A stretch of 64,000 nt of DNA from Eledone cirrhosa. Lineage: Eukaryota. Numbering within the stretch: position 1 is the first letter of the stretch; every line of letters begins with the position of its first letter. The position numbers and the translations under genes were made by a program. The notes below the pieces were generated by a model. That model had not been told where the DNA came from and ran no database searches. It saw only the letters and a list, made by a program, of their open reading frames with translations. Location: contig CAXHJY010001189.1 of NCBI GenBank assembly GCA_964016885.1, positions 1-64,000 on the forward strand. The letters run 5' to 3'. Shown in pieces: positions 20,362 through 38,605 of this stretch.

Positions 20362-23300
20362 TCATCATCATCATCAATGTTTAACGTCCGTGTTCCACGC
20401 TCGCATGGGTTTGGACGGGGGTAGTCCCACTTGAGGCAAGAGTGATTGTCTTGCTCGCATAGGACTGTCTGGCAGGTTTTCTACAGTTGGATGCCCTTCC
20501 TAACACCAACCACATTTACAGTGTGGGTCTGGGAGGTTTTTACCGTGTTGCCTACACGGCCACATTACAGCGTGGACTGTGTGTTTTTTTGTCGTGACAC
20601 CTACACGATCTCATTTGTTTCGGCCTGGATGGCGCGGCACCAACATGACTTTACATAGAACGGGGGTGGTGTGGATGGGGTGGTGGTGGGACGGGGTGTA
20701 TTTTGTTAGAGATGCCTACTGGCTGGAGTAGGTTTTACTATATATATTTAGGTAAGGCGGGTCTTCTCTGTTACTGAGTACCGCCAAAAGTCTCGGTCCA
20801 GTGACATTGTCTTGGAGAGGTGTAAGTGTGTGATGTCGGAGTTTATCAGCTCGTCCCAGGTTTTTCTAGGTCTGCCTATTCCGTGACTACCGTCTATCTT
20901 TATTGCCCTGCACTTTGTTATACAGCTATCGACTTTCATGCGCATCACGTGTCCATACCAACGTAGCCTTCTCTCGAGTAAACAACATCTGATCCCTCTT
21001 ATCTCTAATTTTTTCCTTAGTTCGTTTATGCTTTGCCGTTCACGTATATTACTGTTACACATCCAGCGGAGCATGCAAGCTTCGTTCCTCTCTAGTCTGC
21101 GTATATCCTCTGCACACAATGCCCAGGTCTCACTGCCATGCAACATTGCTGTTCGTATGCAGGCATTGTACAACCTGCCTTTCATTTTTAGGGAGAACCC
21201 TTTCGCAGCTAATAGTGGTATAAGCTCTCTGAACTTTTTCCAACCAGTTCTGACTCTAGCTACAGTACTTTCAGAGCACCCTCCCCCACTGCTGATTTTA
21301 TCGCCCAGGTAACGGAAGCTGTCCACTATTTCTATAGAACCCTCTGCGCAATTGAAAGAGCTAGTATTTTGTGGGCACTTGCTGCTACTTATTGCACCAG
21401 AACACCGGCCACATGTAAAATCTATGTTCTTAGTTAGCTTACCTGTGATCCCACTACATCTTTTATGCACCCATACTTTGCATTTAGGACATAAAATGGA
21501 GTTTCTACCTACGCCTTTCCTACACACCGAGCATGACCATTTCCCAGAAGGGACCGCCGCCTTGTTTTCTTTCCTACAAACTAGAACCTTGGTCTTAGCC
21601 AGGTTAATTTTAAGTCCTTTTGACTCTAGGCCGTGCTTCCATGTTTGGAATTTCTTCTCTAGCTCGGCCATTGATTCCGCTATGAGTGTCAGGTCGTCTG
21701 CGTATAGGAGTTCCCATGGGCAGCCTGTCTTGAACTCCTCTGTTATAGCCTGAAGGGCAATAATAAATAGTAGGGGGCTGAGAACAGAGCCCTGATGGAC
21801 GCCAACTTTTACGCTAAACTCTTCACTATATTCGTTGTTAATTCAAACCTTGCTGACTGTTTCTTTATACATGGCTTGTATAGCCCTCACAAGCCATTCG
21901 TCAACGCCTAGTTTTCTAAGAGCCCACCAGATAATGGAGCGGGGGACTCTGTCGAAGGCTTTCTCCAAGTCGACAAAAGCTAAGTAGAGGGGTTTACCTT
22001 TAGCTAGGTACTTCTCCTGTAGTCGTCGTACTATGAAAAGAGCGTCTGTGGTACTTTTGCCTGACACAAACCCGAACTGCATTTCATCTAGGTCAATTCT
22101 CTCTCTGATTAGTTGCGCTATTACTTTTTCCGTGACCTTCATGACCTGGTCGATTAATTTAATGCCTCTATAGTGACTCCTATCTAGAGCGTCTCCTTTA
22201 CCCTTATAACAGTTAACGATGATGCTGTTATGCCAGTCCTTCGGAACAACCCCATTCTGTACGACTTGGTGAACTATGCGGGTGACCATGGTGTGTCCCA
22301 CCGTGCCAGATGCCTTCAGCATCTCAGCAACTATTTCCGAAGGCCCAGCCGCCTTGCCCGTCTTCATATACTTGATTGCCTTACTTATTATACTCCCCTC
22401 GACTAACACTGCTGGTCCCTCTATTGGGTCGATATGGGGGAGACCGTCTTTCTCCCATTTATTCTCCTCATTTAGTAGCCTTTCATAGTGACACTTCCAA
22501 GCTACCTTCTTATCAGTGTCGGTGATGGCAAGTATGCCATCATCGTTAAGTACACACTTCTCCCCGACAATATCACGGTTTTCCTTGACGCATTGCCTAG
22601 CAATCCTGAACACCTCACGTTTTTGGTCATCGCGTTGTAGAACATGCTTGAACTTTCTTTCCTCAGCTTCCCTTCTTGCTAAGTACACTTCTCTCCTAGC
22701 TTCCCTCCTGGCCACTTGATAGTCTACTCTACTTCCCCCATCCCGCCATACTTTCCAAGCCTGCTTTTTGGCCTTAATTGACCCCTCCACCTTACTGTTC
22801 CACCACCATGTTACTCTCCTCCTGCCTACAGGCCTGCTCCAGCCACAGACTTCGTCTGTCGCCAACAGCAGGTTTGCTTTCAGAAATTCCCACTGTCCCT
22901 CTATATTGTCCGACTCTAAATGTTCTTCCTTACTGTCGAAAGCATCAAGTAATATGCTTTGAAATTTATTTCTGGTTGTGGGGTCCTTTAATTTCCATAT
23001 TTTTCTCCTGAGGATAGTCCTCTTCTGCTGTCGAGTACGTCTCGTCCTGACTATGAGGTCGCTAATTATCAGTCTATGTTGGGAGGTGCATTCTTCATGG
23101 GGGAGGGATTTAGTGTTTACAACAGACACTCTGTCACGTCTTCTGGTAAGGATATAATCTACCTGGCTTGTGTGTTCCCCGGATCTATAGGTGATCAGGT
23201 GATTGTCACGTTTTTTGAAGTTAGTGTTACAGATAGTTAGGTTATTTGCATCACAGAATTCCAGGATTCTGGAGCCTTCCTCATTTCTAGTACCAAACCC

Positions 23301-23427
23301 ATAGCCTCCATGGATTTCGTCGTAGCCGTCACAATGTTGTCCAACGTGACCATTTAGGTCGCCTGCAATAATTATATAGTCACTGTCAGATATTTGGGAG
23401 GTAGTTAGCAACAGTGTCTCATAGAAT
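20362..23427 (-). mobile_element. RTE LINE family B, 3.1 kb, truncated within APE
   Basis: ORFs 21843-23495 and 20748-21671 share a frame, split by one nonsense change (TGA where the 47400 copy has AGA). Motifs AGDLNGH, FVDLEKAFD, LLYADD, and an internal Cys-rich CSVC..CPKC..H..C insert. Confidence 0.96.
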
Positions 23428-23440
23428 ATATATATACATA

Positions 23441-24885
23441 TCATCATCATCATCATCATCATCACCGTTTTACGTCCGTTCTTCCACGCTAGCATGGGTT
23501 AGACGGGTTGTCCTGTTGTGGGCAGTGTCTGGTCGGCTGACCATGCCTTGCTCATACAGGAACTGATCTGGCTTGATTTCTACAGCTGGATGCCCTTCCT
23601 AACACCAACCTCATTTACAGTGAGTGCTGGGTGCTTTTTCGTGGCGCCTACACGTCCACTTTACAGTGTGGGCTGGGTGCTTTTTTGCCGTGGCACCTCC
23701 ACGACCACCTTGCGGTGGGGGGGGGGGGGGCATATTGTTTATATGCTTCAGCATGTACCCATGGGAGGTCGGGTACCCTGTATTACTGCGTGACGCCAGA
23801 AGTCACGGTCGTGTGTCATTGACTTTGAGAGGTGTAGTTGGGTAAGGTCGGCTTTTATCACCTCATCCCAAGTCATCTTGGGTCTCCCCACTCCGCGGTT
23901 TCCATCAACTTCTAGTGCTCTGCACCTTTTTATGCAGCTGTCATCCTTCATACGCATCACATGTCCATACCAGCGTAACCGCCTCTCCTGCACGCAGCAT
24001 TTGATTCCTCTTATGCTCAGTCTCTCTCTCAATTCATTTATGCTTTGTCGTTCACGTATATTACTGTTACACATCCATCGGAGCATGCAGGCTTCGTTTC
24101 TCTCTAATCTACGTAAGTCTTCCACCTTCAGCGCCCAGGTCTCACTACCATGCAACATCGCTGTTCGGATACACGCATCATACAGTCTGCCTTTCATTCT
24201 GAGGGAGAAGCCTTTTGCAGCTAGCAGTGGTAGTAGTTCCCTAAACTTCTTCCATCCCGTTCTTACCCTAGTTATTGTACTTTCTGAGCACCCACCTCCG
24301 TTGCTAATTCGGTCACCTAGGTAGCAGAAGCTGTCTACTGTTTCTACAGGGCCCTCCCAGAGATTGGTGGTACTTGTTTCCTGTGGCTGTTTGCTTGCTG
24401 TTTCAGCACAGCTGCTGCATGTGAATCCTACATTCTTAATTAAGCTTCCTGAGATCCCGCTACATCTCTTGTGTACCCATTGTTTGCATTTGGGGCAGAG
24501 AATGGAGTTCCTACCTACACCTTTCCTACATACTGAGCAAGGCCATTTCCCTGAGGGGATCTGGGTTCTGTTTTCTCGTCTACTTATAAGGACCTTAGTC
24601 TTTGTCATGTTGACTTTGAGGCCCTTTCTCTCTAGTCCCTGCTTCCAGGTTTGGAATTTATTCTCTAGTTCTACCATAGATTCAGCTATGAGTGCGAGGT
24701 CATCAGCATACAGGAGTTCCCATGGGCATCCGGTCTTAAACTCCTCCGTTATTGCCTGCAGGACTATGATGAACAGGAGAGGGCTAAGAACAGAGCCCTG
24801 GTGGACCCCAACCTGTACGCTAAATTCCTCGCTATACTCATTGCCAATCCTAACTTTGCTGACTGCTCCCCTATACATGGCTTGT
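23441..24885 (-). mobile_element. 5'-truncated RTE LINE, family C
   Basis: Open RT frame ([16 protein letters not shown]) to a stop at 23748, then a ~300-bp 3' UTR and (GAT)n tail. Confidence 0.95.
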
Positions 24886-24886
24886 A

Positions 24887-24957
<71 letters not shown>

Positions 24958-25202
24958 AATATATATATATATACATATAAATATATATATATATACATAT
25001 ATAAATATATATATATATACATATATAAATATATATATATATACATATATAAATATATATATATATACATATACATATATATATACATACATATATATAT
25101 ATATATATACATATATACACATACGTATGTGTATGTATATATGTATGTATGCATATATATATATGTATGTATGTGTATCTATGCATATATATATGTATTG
25201 TT

Positions 25203-25335
25203 GTTGGTGTTAGGAAGGGCATCCAGCCGTAGAAAACCTGGCAGACAGCCCTATGCGAGCAAGACAACCACTCTTGCCCAAGTGGGAAAACTTCCGTTCA
25301 AACCCATGCGAGCGTGGAATATGGATGTTAAACGA
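25203..25335 (+). mobile_element. Diverged family-B-like 3' end
   Basis: GTTGGTGTTAGGAAGGGCATCC..AACCCATGCGAGCGTGG..TGTTAAACG. Confidence 0.8.
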
Positions 25336-25353
25336 AGAGGCGTGTGCGCGTGT

Positions 25354-25682
25354 CATCATTTTACGTCCACTTTTCTCTGCTTGCAAGGGTGGGACGGGAA
25401 GTGATTCTGGCTTGATTTCTACAGCTGGATGCCCTTCGTAACACCAACCTCATTTACAGTGAGTGCTGGGTGCTTTTTTAACATGGCATCTGCACAACCA
25501 CTTTACAGTCGAATGATATGGATCCCAGTCCCTATCATCTCATTTCTACAGCTGAGTAAACTGGCGCAATGTGAAATAAAGTGTCTTGCTCAAGGAAAGA
25601 ACACATCACACGGTCTGAGAATTGAGCTCACAACCTTTCGATTGCAAGGCCAATGCTCTAACCACTAAGCCATGTGCCTTCA
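25354..25682 (-). mobile_element. Full-length tRNA-derived SINE
   Basis: Homologous over its whole length to 10157-10502. Confidence 0.9.
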
Positions 25683-26580
25683 CATATATATATATATACA
25701 CATACATACATACATATATATACATACATATACATACATATATATATACATACATATATATATATATACATACATATATATATACATACATATATATATA
25801 TATACATACATACATATATACATACATATATATATATATACATACATACATATACATACATATATATATATATACATACATACATATACATACATATATA
25901 TATATATACATACATACATATACATACATATATATATATATACATACATACATATACATACATATATATATATATACATACATACATATACATACATATA
26001 TATATATATACATACATACATATACATACATATATATATATATACATACATACATATATATATATATACATACATACATATACATACATATATATATATA
26101 TACATACATACATATACATACATATATATATATATACATACATACATATACATACATATATATATATATACATACATACATATACATACATATATATATA
26201 TATATACATACATACATATACATACATATATATATATATACATACATACATATATATATATATACATACATACATATACATATATATACATACATACATA
26301 TACATACATATATGTATATATACATACATACATATACATACATATATATATATATACATACATACATACATATACATACATATATATATATATACATACA
26401 TACATATACATACATATATATATATATACATACATACATATACATACATATATATATATATATACATACATACATATACATACATATATATATATATACA
26501 TACATACATATACATACATATACATACATACATATACATACATATATGTATATATACATACATACATATACATACATATA
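25683..26580. repeat. TACA/TA array with a recurring ~26-bp higher-order unit
   Basis: TACATACATACATATACATACATATATATATA-type unit recurs. Confidence 0.9.
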
Positions 26581-28931
26581 TATAACTTTGAATAACTTTG
26601 AAATGTTTTGGCCAGTATTGGCCCAGGCCATGTCTAACTTAATAGCACCACCTGGCGAAGTCTTTCAATTCAGGATTTGGGCACCATGGCCCATTCGAGA
26701 AGAGAATTACTGTTTGCGGAGACATATCCGGGTGTGGGTGGTTTGTCCGGGATTACTTGGAGGAATTTGTCCAAAGACTTCTTGAATTTTGTGTGGTCAG
26801 TTTCTGTTTTGACGTGTCCTGGTGTGATGTTGAAGAGAGCAGGGCCGATTGAGGTGAAATAATTGTGCCGTATTGTTGTTATGAGTTGCGATTTAGATTT
26901 TTGAATGGGACGGATAGCACGGGGCCCAAGCCTTGGGTGTATCTTGAAGGCGATGCCAACATCATTTGGGCAGTGATGATGGAACATTTTCCACATCATG
27001 CAGATAATATAACGCTCACGGCGACGTTGGAGTGAGTAAAGTTTCAGGTTTTCCAATCGACCCCAGTAGTCAAGGTCTGACATGCCATCTATCTTTTTCG
27101 TGATTGCCCTTTGAGGAGCTTCAAGTTTCATGATACTTTGTTTCGTGTGGGGAGACCACAGTGGACAACAGTATTCAAGGTGTGGTCGGGCGAAAGTAGA
27201 GAAGAGAAGGATAATGGTGCGGGAATCTCTCGACTGGAAGGTTCTGAGGATCCAGGAACACATTCTGCGGGCCATGTCAACTTTGCTGCTTATATGCGTG
27301 GTCCAGCTTATGTTGCTGTCCACGGTTACTCCCAAGTCTCTGATGTTGTTAGATGCCACGAGAGTTTCCCCGGAGGGAAGGGAGTACGGGAGTTTCAGAG
27401 CATCCTCTTTTCCAAAGTGGATCAGTTCGAATTTGTCTTCGTTCAGTAACATGTTGTTCTTTTCTGCCCATTGGGTAACAGCCAGTAGGTCTGACTGAAG
27501 GCTTATCCGGTCATCCACGCCATTGATGACCTTTTGGAGCTTGGAATCATCAGCGAAAATTTTAATGTTGCTGTGTTTGATGATGTCAGTGATGTCATTA
27601 ATATAGATGATGAAGAGAAGTGGGCCCAACACAGTGCCTTGTGGGACTCCACTACTGACTTTGGCTGGGCTTGATTTGACTCCCTCAACTACAACATGTT
27701 GGGTTCTGTTTGACAGGAAGCTCTTGATCCACTGCAGCAGCTTTCCAGTGACACCAATATTGGACAGCTTTCTCAGTAGAATGTTATGATCAACCCTGTC
27801 AAAGGCCTTGCTGAAATCAAGGTAGATAACATCAGTGTTGGAACCCTCTCCCAAGGCTCTCAAAATGTCATCAAAGTGATGCAGTAGTTGCGTCAGGCAA
27901 TCCCTTCCATTACGGAATCCATGCTGGTTGGAGTTCAGCATATTGTTACTCTCAAGGAAGTGGGTCATTCGCGATCTCACCACTCGCTCAAATACCTTAA
28001 TGATATGAGAGGTGAGTGAGATTGGACGGTAATTCACGGCAAGGGATTTGTTTCCCTTTTTGAAAACTGGGACAACAGACTGGGATAGAAGGTTTTCTGG
28101 CACATATCCAGCATCCAGTGAGTTCCGCCACAGATTGGCAAGAGGAGAAGCAAGTTGGTGTTGACACGCCTTCAAGACACAAGCAGGGAACCTATCGGGA
28201 CCTACTGCTGAATTATGCTTGATTTCCTTTATTGCCGCCAAGACATCAGGGGCGCCAAACGTTATGTCCGATAAGGTGTAATGGGGAGTAACATCGCCGA
28301 TACAGCCCAGATCGGCCATATCAGGATTGCTGAAAACAGAGCAGTATTGTTTCTGCAGTATCTCACCCATGGTTTTAGCATTGTCTTGAAGAGTGCCATT
28401 TTCATCAATTAGAGGGCCAACAGTAGAGCCAGTGATTTTGTGTTTTTTTGCAAATGAAAAGAACACTTTGGGATTGAGTTTGATCTTCTCAATGGCCCAG
28501 GCCTCTTCAGCTCTTCTCTGATTGTTGATGAGGGACATTATGTTGTTTTGGAGGTTATGTTTTTTAATCTCTAGTGATGAAATGGCAGTCAAGTTGATGT
28601 GTTGCTGCTGACAGTATTTCAGATTGTTGATTTTTTTGTTCGTTCTCTTAATTTTTCTGATGAGCGTTTTTCTATTTCTAGGGATTCTGCTCTTAGATTT
28701 GTTTATAGTTCTTAATGGGGTGTGTTTAGCACATATGTTTGTAACAGTGTCCACAAATGTCTGCCAGGACTTTTTGATGTTAGTGGGTGTATGAGTGTGC
28801 GTGAAGGACCAGTCGACATGTGCAAGATCATGACTGATCGCTTCCCAGTTTGCATTGTGGAAATCCATAGCGTCAAACGGATGGACAGGAGAAATGACAT
28901 TGGGTTTGTATATTGGACGGTGGAATCTCAG
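26581..28931 (-). mobile_element. 5'-truncated CR1/L2-group LINE with an uninterrupted RT frame
   Basis: About 750 codons open from ~28930 to the stop at 26670: [39 protein letters not shown]. Tandem TTCAAAGTTA tail. Confidence 0.93.
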
Positions 28932-29769
28932 ATATATATACATACATACATATACATACATATATATATATATATACATACATACATATACATACATATA
29001 TATATACATACATACATATACATACATATATATATACATACACATACATATATATATATATACATACATACATATATATATATATACATACATACATATA
29101 CATACATATATATATACATACATACATACATATACATACATATATATATACATACATACATACATATACATACATATATATATACATACATACATACATA
29201 TACATATATATATATATACATACATACATATACATACATATATATATATATACATACATACATACACATACATATATATATATATACATACATACATATA
29301 CATACATATATATATATATACATACATACATACACATACATATATATATATATACATACATACATATACATACATATACATACATACATACACATACATA
29401 TATATATATATACATACATACATATACATACATATACATACATACATACACATACATATATATACATACATACATATACATACATATATATATATATACA
29501 TACATACATATACATACATATATATATATATACATACATACATACATATATATATATATATACATACATATATATATATATATATATACATACATATATA
29601 TATATATATATATACATACATATATATATATATACATACATACATACATATATATATATATATACATACATATATATATATATATATACATACATATATA
29701 TATATATATACATACATATATATATATACATACATATATATATATACATACATACATACATATATATAC

Positions 29770-29803
<34 letters not shown>

Positions 29804-29915
29804 ACATATATATATACACACATATATATATATACATATATATATACACATACATATATATATACATATATATATACACATACATATATATATACATATA
29901 TATATACACATACAT

Positions 29916-29948
<33 letters not shown>

Positions 29949-30052
29949 TACATATATATATATACATACATACATACACACACACACATACATATACATA
30001 TATACATACATACATATATATATACATACATATATATACATATATATATATG

Positions 30053-30084
<32 letters not shown>

Positions 30085-30111
30085 TATATGTATTTATATA
30101 TATGTATGTAT

Positions 30112-30186
<75 letters not shown>

Positions 30187-30212
30187 TATATGTATGTATG
30201 TATGTATATATG

Positions 30213-30283
<71 letters not shown>

Positions 30284-30310
30284 ATACATACATATATATA
30301 AATACATATA

Positions 30311-30342
<32 letters not shown>

Positions 30343-30344
30343 CA

Positions 30345-30376
<32 letters not shown>

Positions 30377-30405
30377 CATATATATACATACATACATATA
30401 TATAC

Positions 30406-30444
<39 letters not shown>

Positions 30445-30506
30445 CATACATATACATACATACATATACATACATACATATACATACATACATATACATA
30501 TATACA

Positions 30507-30537
<31 letters not shown>

Positions 30538-30801
30538 ACATACATATATACATACATACATATATACATACATACATATACATACATATATACATACATA
30601 CATATATACATACATATATACATACATATATACATACATATATACATACATATATACATATATACATACATACATACATATATACATACATACATATATA
30701 CATACATATATATATATACATACATATATAGATACATATATATATATACATACATATATAGATACATATATATATATACATATATATATATACATACATA
30801 T
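28932..30801. repeat. TACA/TA array containing an internal inverted duplication
   Basis: Directly visible; see findings. Confidence 0.95.
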
Positions 30802-31411
30802 ATGGTGGCTGCCAACTCGTTTTCGAGTACGGCCACTACTTTATATCCATGTAGGAGAACCCCTACTGATGCGCTGAACGAGTGTGACTTTTTAGTCCAG
30901 CCAGCGACTTGAAAGCTCTGGTACAAACACTACACTTGTGACAATTATTGACACATAGTGCTGGGCCCATGGTACCATGTGACGACAAATGCAGAGAGAT
31001 CTCCAGATATAAAGCAATGCCTGTGCCGTGAAGCTTTTATAGTGAGCAAAGGCACTGCACAAAGCCAGTCCCACTCTCTTAACCAAGATGATATTTACCA
31101 AAAAGAAGAACAAGTCAACATCATTGGATACCATCAGGGTTGCAGGTGTTATATCAGAGTTTTCCTTCTCCTAGAATTCTGCCTTGACAAAGGCTAAGGC
31201 GTCATCTCTCCCGGTGATTTTGGATGGCCATTGACTCTTAAGAGCTCCTTTGCCTTTTGACAGGTTTTGTTTTTAGTCCTGCAGGATGTCCAAAGTCACC
31301 CTCCTCACCAAGAAACCTTGGTGGGGTTGCCAGTTTAGTCGCCAACGACCCGACCATGGGACAGGTTGTACTGGAATACATGTTACCAGTAGCACCAACT
31401 GGTGACCTGAC
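30802..31411 (-). mobile_element. Bipartite non-autonomous RTE element, copy 2 (apparently full length)
   Basis: ~610 bp; same 5' end (TGTCAGGTCACC) as the 31548-32157 copy. Confidence 0.88.
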
Positions 31412-31547
31412 ATATATATATACATACATATATATATACATACATATATATATACATACATATATATATACATACATATATATATACATACATATATATA
31501 TACATACATATATATATACATACATATATATATACATACATATATAC

Positions 31548-32157
31548 ATGGTGGCTGCCAACTCGTTTTCGAGTACGGCCACTACTTTATATCCATGTAG
31601 GAGAACCCCTACCGATGTGCTGAACGAGTGTGACTTTTTAGCCCAGCCAGCGACTTGAAAACTCTGGTACAAACACTACACTTGTGACAATTATTGACAC
31701 ATAGTGCTGGGCCCATGGTACCATGTGACGGCAAGTGCAGAGAGATCTCCAGATATAAAGCAATGCCTGTCCCGTGAAGCTTTTATAGTGAGCAAAGGCA
31801 CTGCACAAAGCCAGTCCCACTCTCTTAACCAAGATGATATTTACCAAAAAGAAGAACAAGTCAACATCATTGGATACCATCAGGGTTGCAGGTGTTATAT
31901 CAGAGTTTTCCTTCTCCTAGAATTCTGCCTTGACAAAGGCTAAGGGGTCATCTCTCCCAGTGATTTTGGATGGCCATTGACTCTTAAGAGCTCCTTTGCC
32001 CTTTGACAGGTTTTGTTTTTAGTCCTGCAGGATGTCCAAAGTCACCCTCCTCACCAAGAAACCTTAGTGGGGTTGCCAGTTTAGTCGCCAACGACCCGAC
32101 CATGAGACAGGTTGTACTGGGATACATGTTACCAGTAGCACCAAGTGGTGACCTGAC
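31548..32157 (-). mobile_element. Bipartite non-autonomous RTE element, copy 3 (apparently full length)
   Basis: Tandem with copy 2 across a 135-bp microsatellite; scattered substitutions. Confidence 0.88.
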
Positions 32158-32300
32158 ATAAACATACATATATACATACATATATACATACATATATATA
32201 CATACATACATACATACATATATATATATACATATATACATACATATATACATACATATATATATATACATACATATATACATACATATATATACATACA

Positions 32301-32336
<36 letters not shown>

Positions 32337-32354
32337 TACATACATATATACATG

Positions 32355-32388
<34 letters not shown>

Positions 32389-32427
32389 TATACATACATA
32401 CATATACATACATACATACATATACAT

Positions 32428-33430
32428 CCGGTGTTCTGGTGCAATAAGTAGCAGCAAGTGCCCACAAAATACTAGCTCTTTCAATTGCGCAGAGGGTTCT
32501 ACAGAAATAGTGGACAGCTTCCGTTACCTGGGCGATAAAATCAGCAGTGGGGGAGGGTGCTCTGAAAGTACTGTAGCTAGAGTCAGAACTGGTTGGAAAA
32601 AGTTCAGAGAGCTTATACCACTATTAGCTGCTAAAGGGTTCTCCCTAAAAATGAAAGGCAGGTTGTACGATGCCTGCATACGAACAGCAATGCTGCATGG
32701 CAGTGAGACCTGGGCATTGTGTGCAGAGGATATACGCAGACTAGAGAGGAACGAAGCTTGCATGCTCCGCTGGATGTGTAACAGTAATATACGTGAACGG
32801 CAAAGCATAAACGAACTAAGGAAAAAATTAGAGATAAGAGGGATCAGATGTTGTTTACTCGAGAGAAGGCTACGTTGGTATGGACACGTGATGCGCATGA
32901 AAGTCGATAGCTGTATAACAAAGTGCAGGGCAATAAAGATAGACGGCAGTCACGGAATAGGCAGACCTAGAAAAACCTGGGACGAGCTGATAAACTCCGA
33001 CATCACACACTTACACCTCTCCAAGACAATGTCAATGGACCGAGACCTTTGGCGGTACTCAGTAACAGAGAAGACCCGCCTTGCCAGTAGGCATCTCTAA
33101 CAAAATACACCCCGTCCCGCCACCACCCCGTTCTATGTAAAGTTATGTTGGTGCCGCGCCATCCAGGCCGAAACAAATGAGATCGTGTAGGTGTCACGAC
33201 AAAAAAACACACAGTCCACGCTGTAATGTGGTCGTGTAGGCAACACGTTAAAAACCTCCCAGACCCACACTGTAAATGTGGTTGGTGTTAGGAAGGGCAT
33301 CCAACTGTAGAAAACCTGCCAGACAGTCCTATGCGAGCAAGACAATCACTCTGGCCTCAAGTGGGACTACCCCCGTCCAAACCCATGCGAGCGTGGAACA
33401 CGGACGTTAAACGTTGATGATGATGATGAT
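32428..33430 (+). mobile_element. 5'-truncated RTE LINE, family B
   Basis: ORF 32510-33100 nearly identical to the 20748 ORF end. A small deletion removes the usual stop. Same 3' UTR and (GAT)n tail. Confidence 0.95.

Positions 33431-38605
<5,175 letters not shown>

Noticed and set aside
26670-30926. 1418-aa ORF as one gene or fusion protein
   Set aside because: A chance in-frame join of a repeat end, stop-free microsatellite and a truncated LINE RT.
30802-32157. LTR pair or CRISPR-like repeat-spacer structure
   Set aside because: Only microsatellite lies between the copies, other copies are 5'-truncated like LINEs, and the context is eukaryotic with no cas genes.
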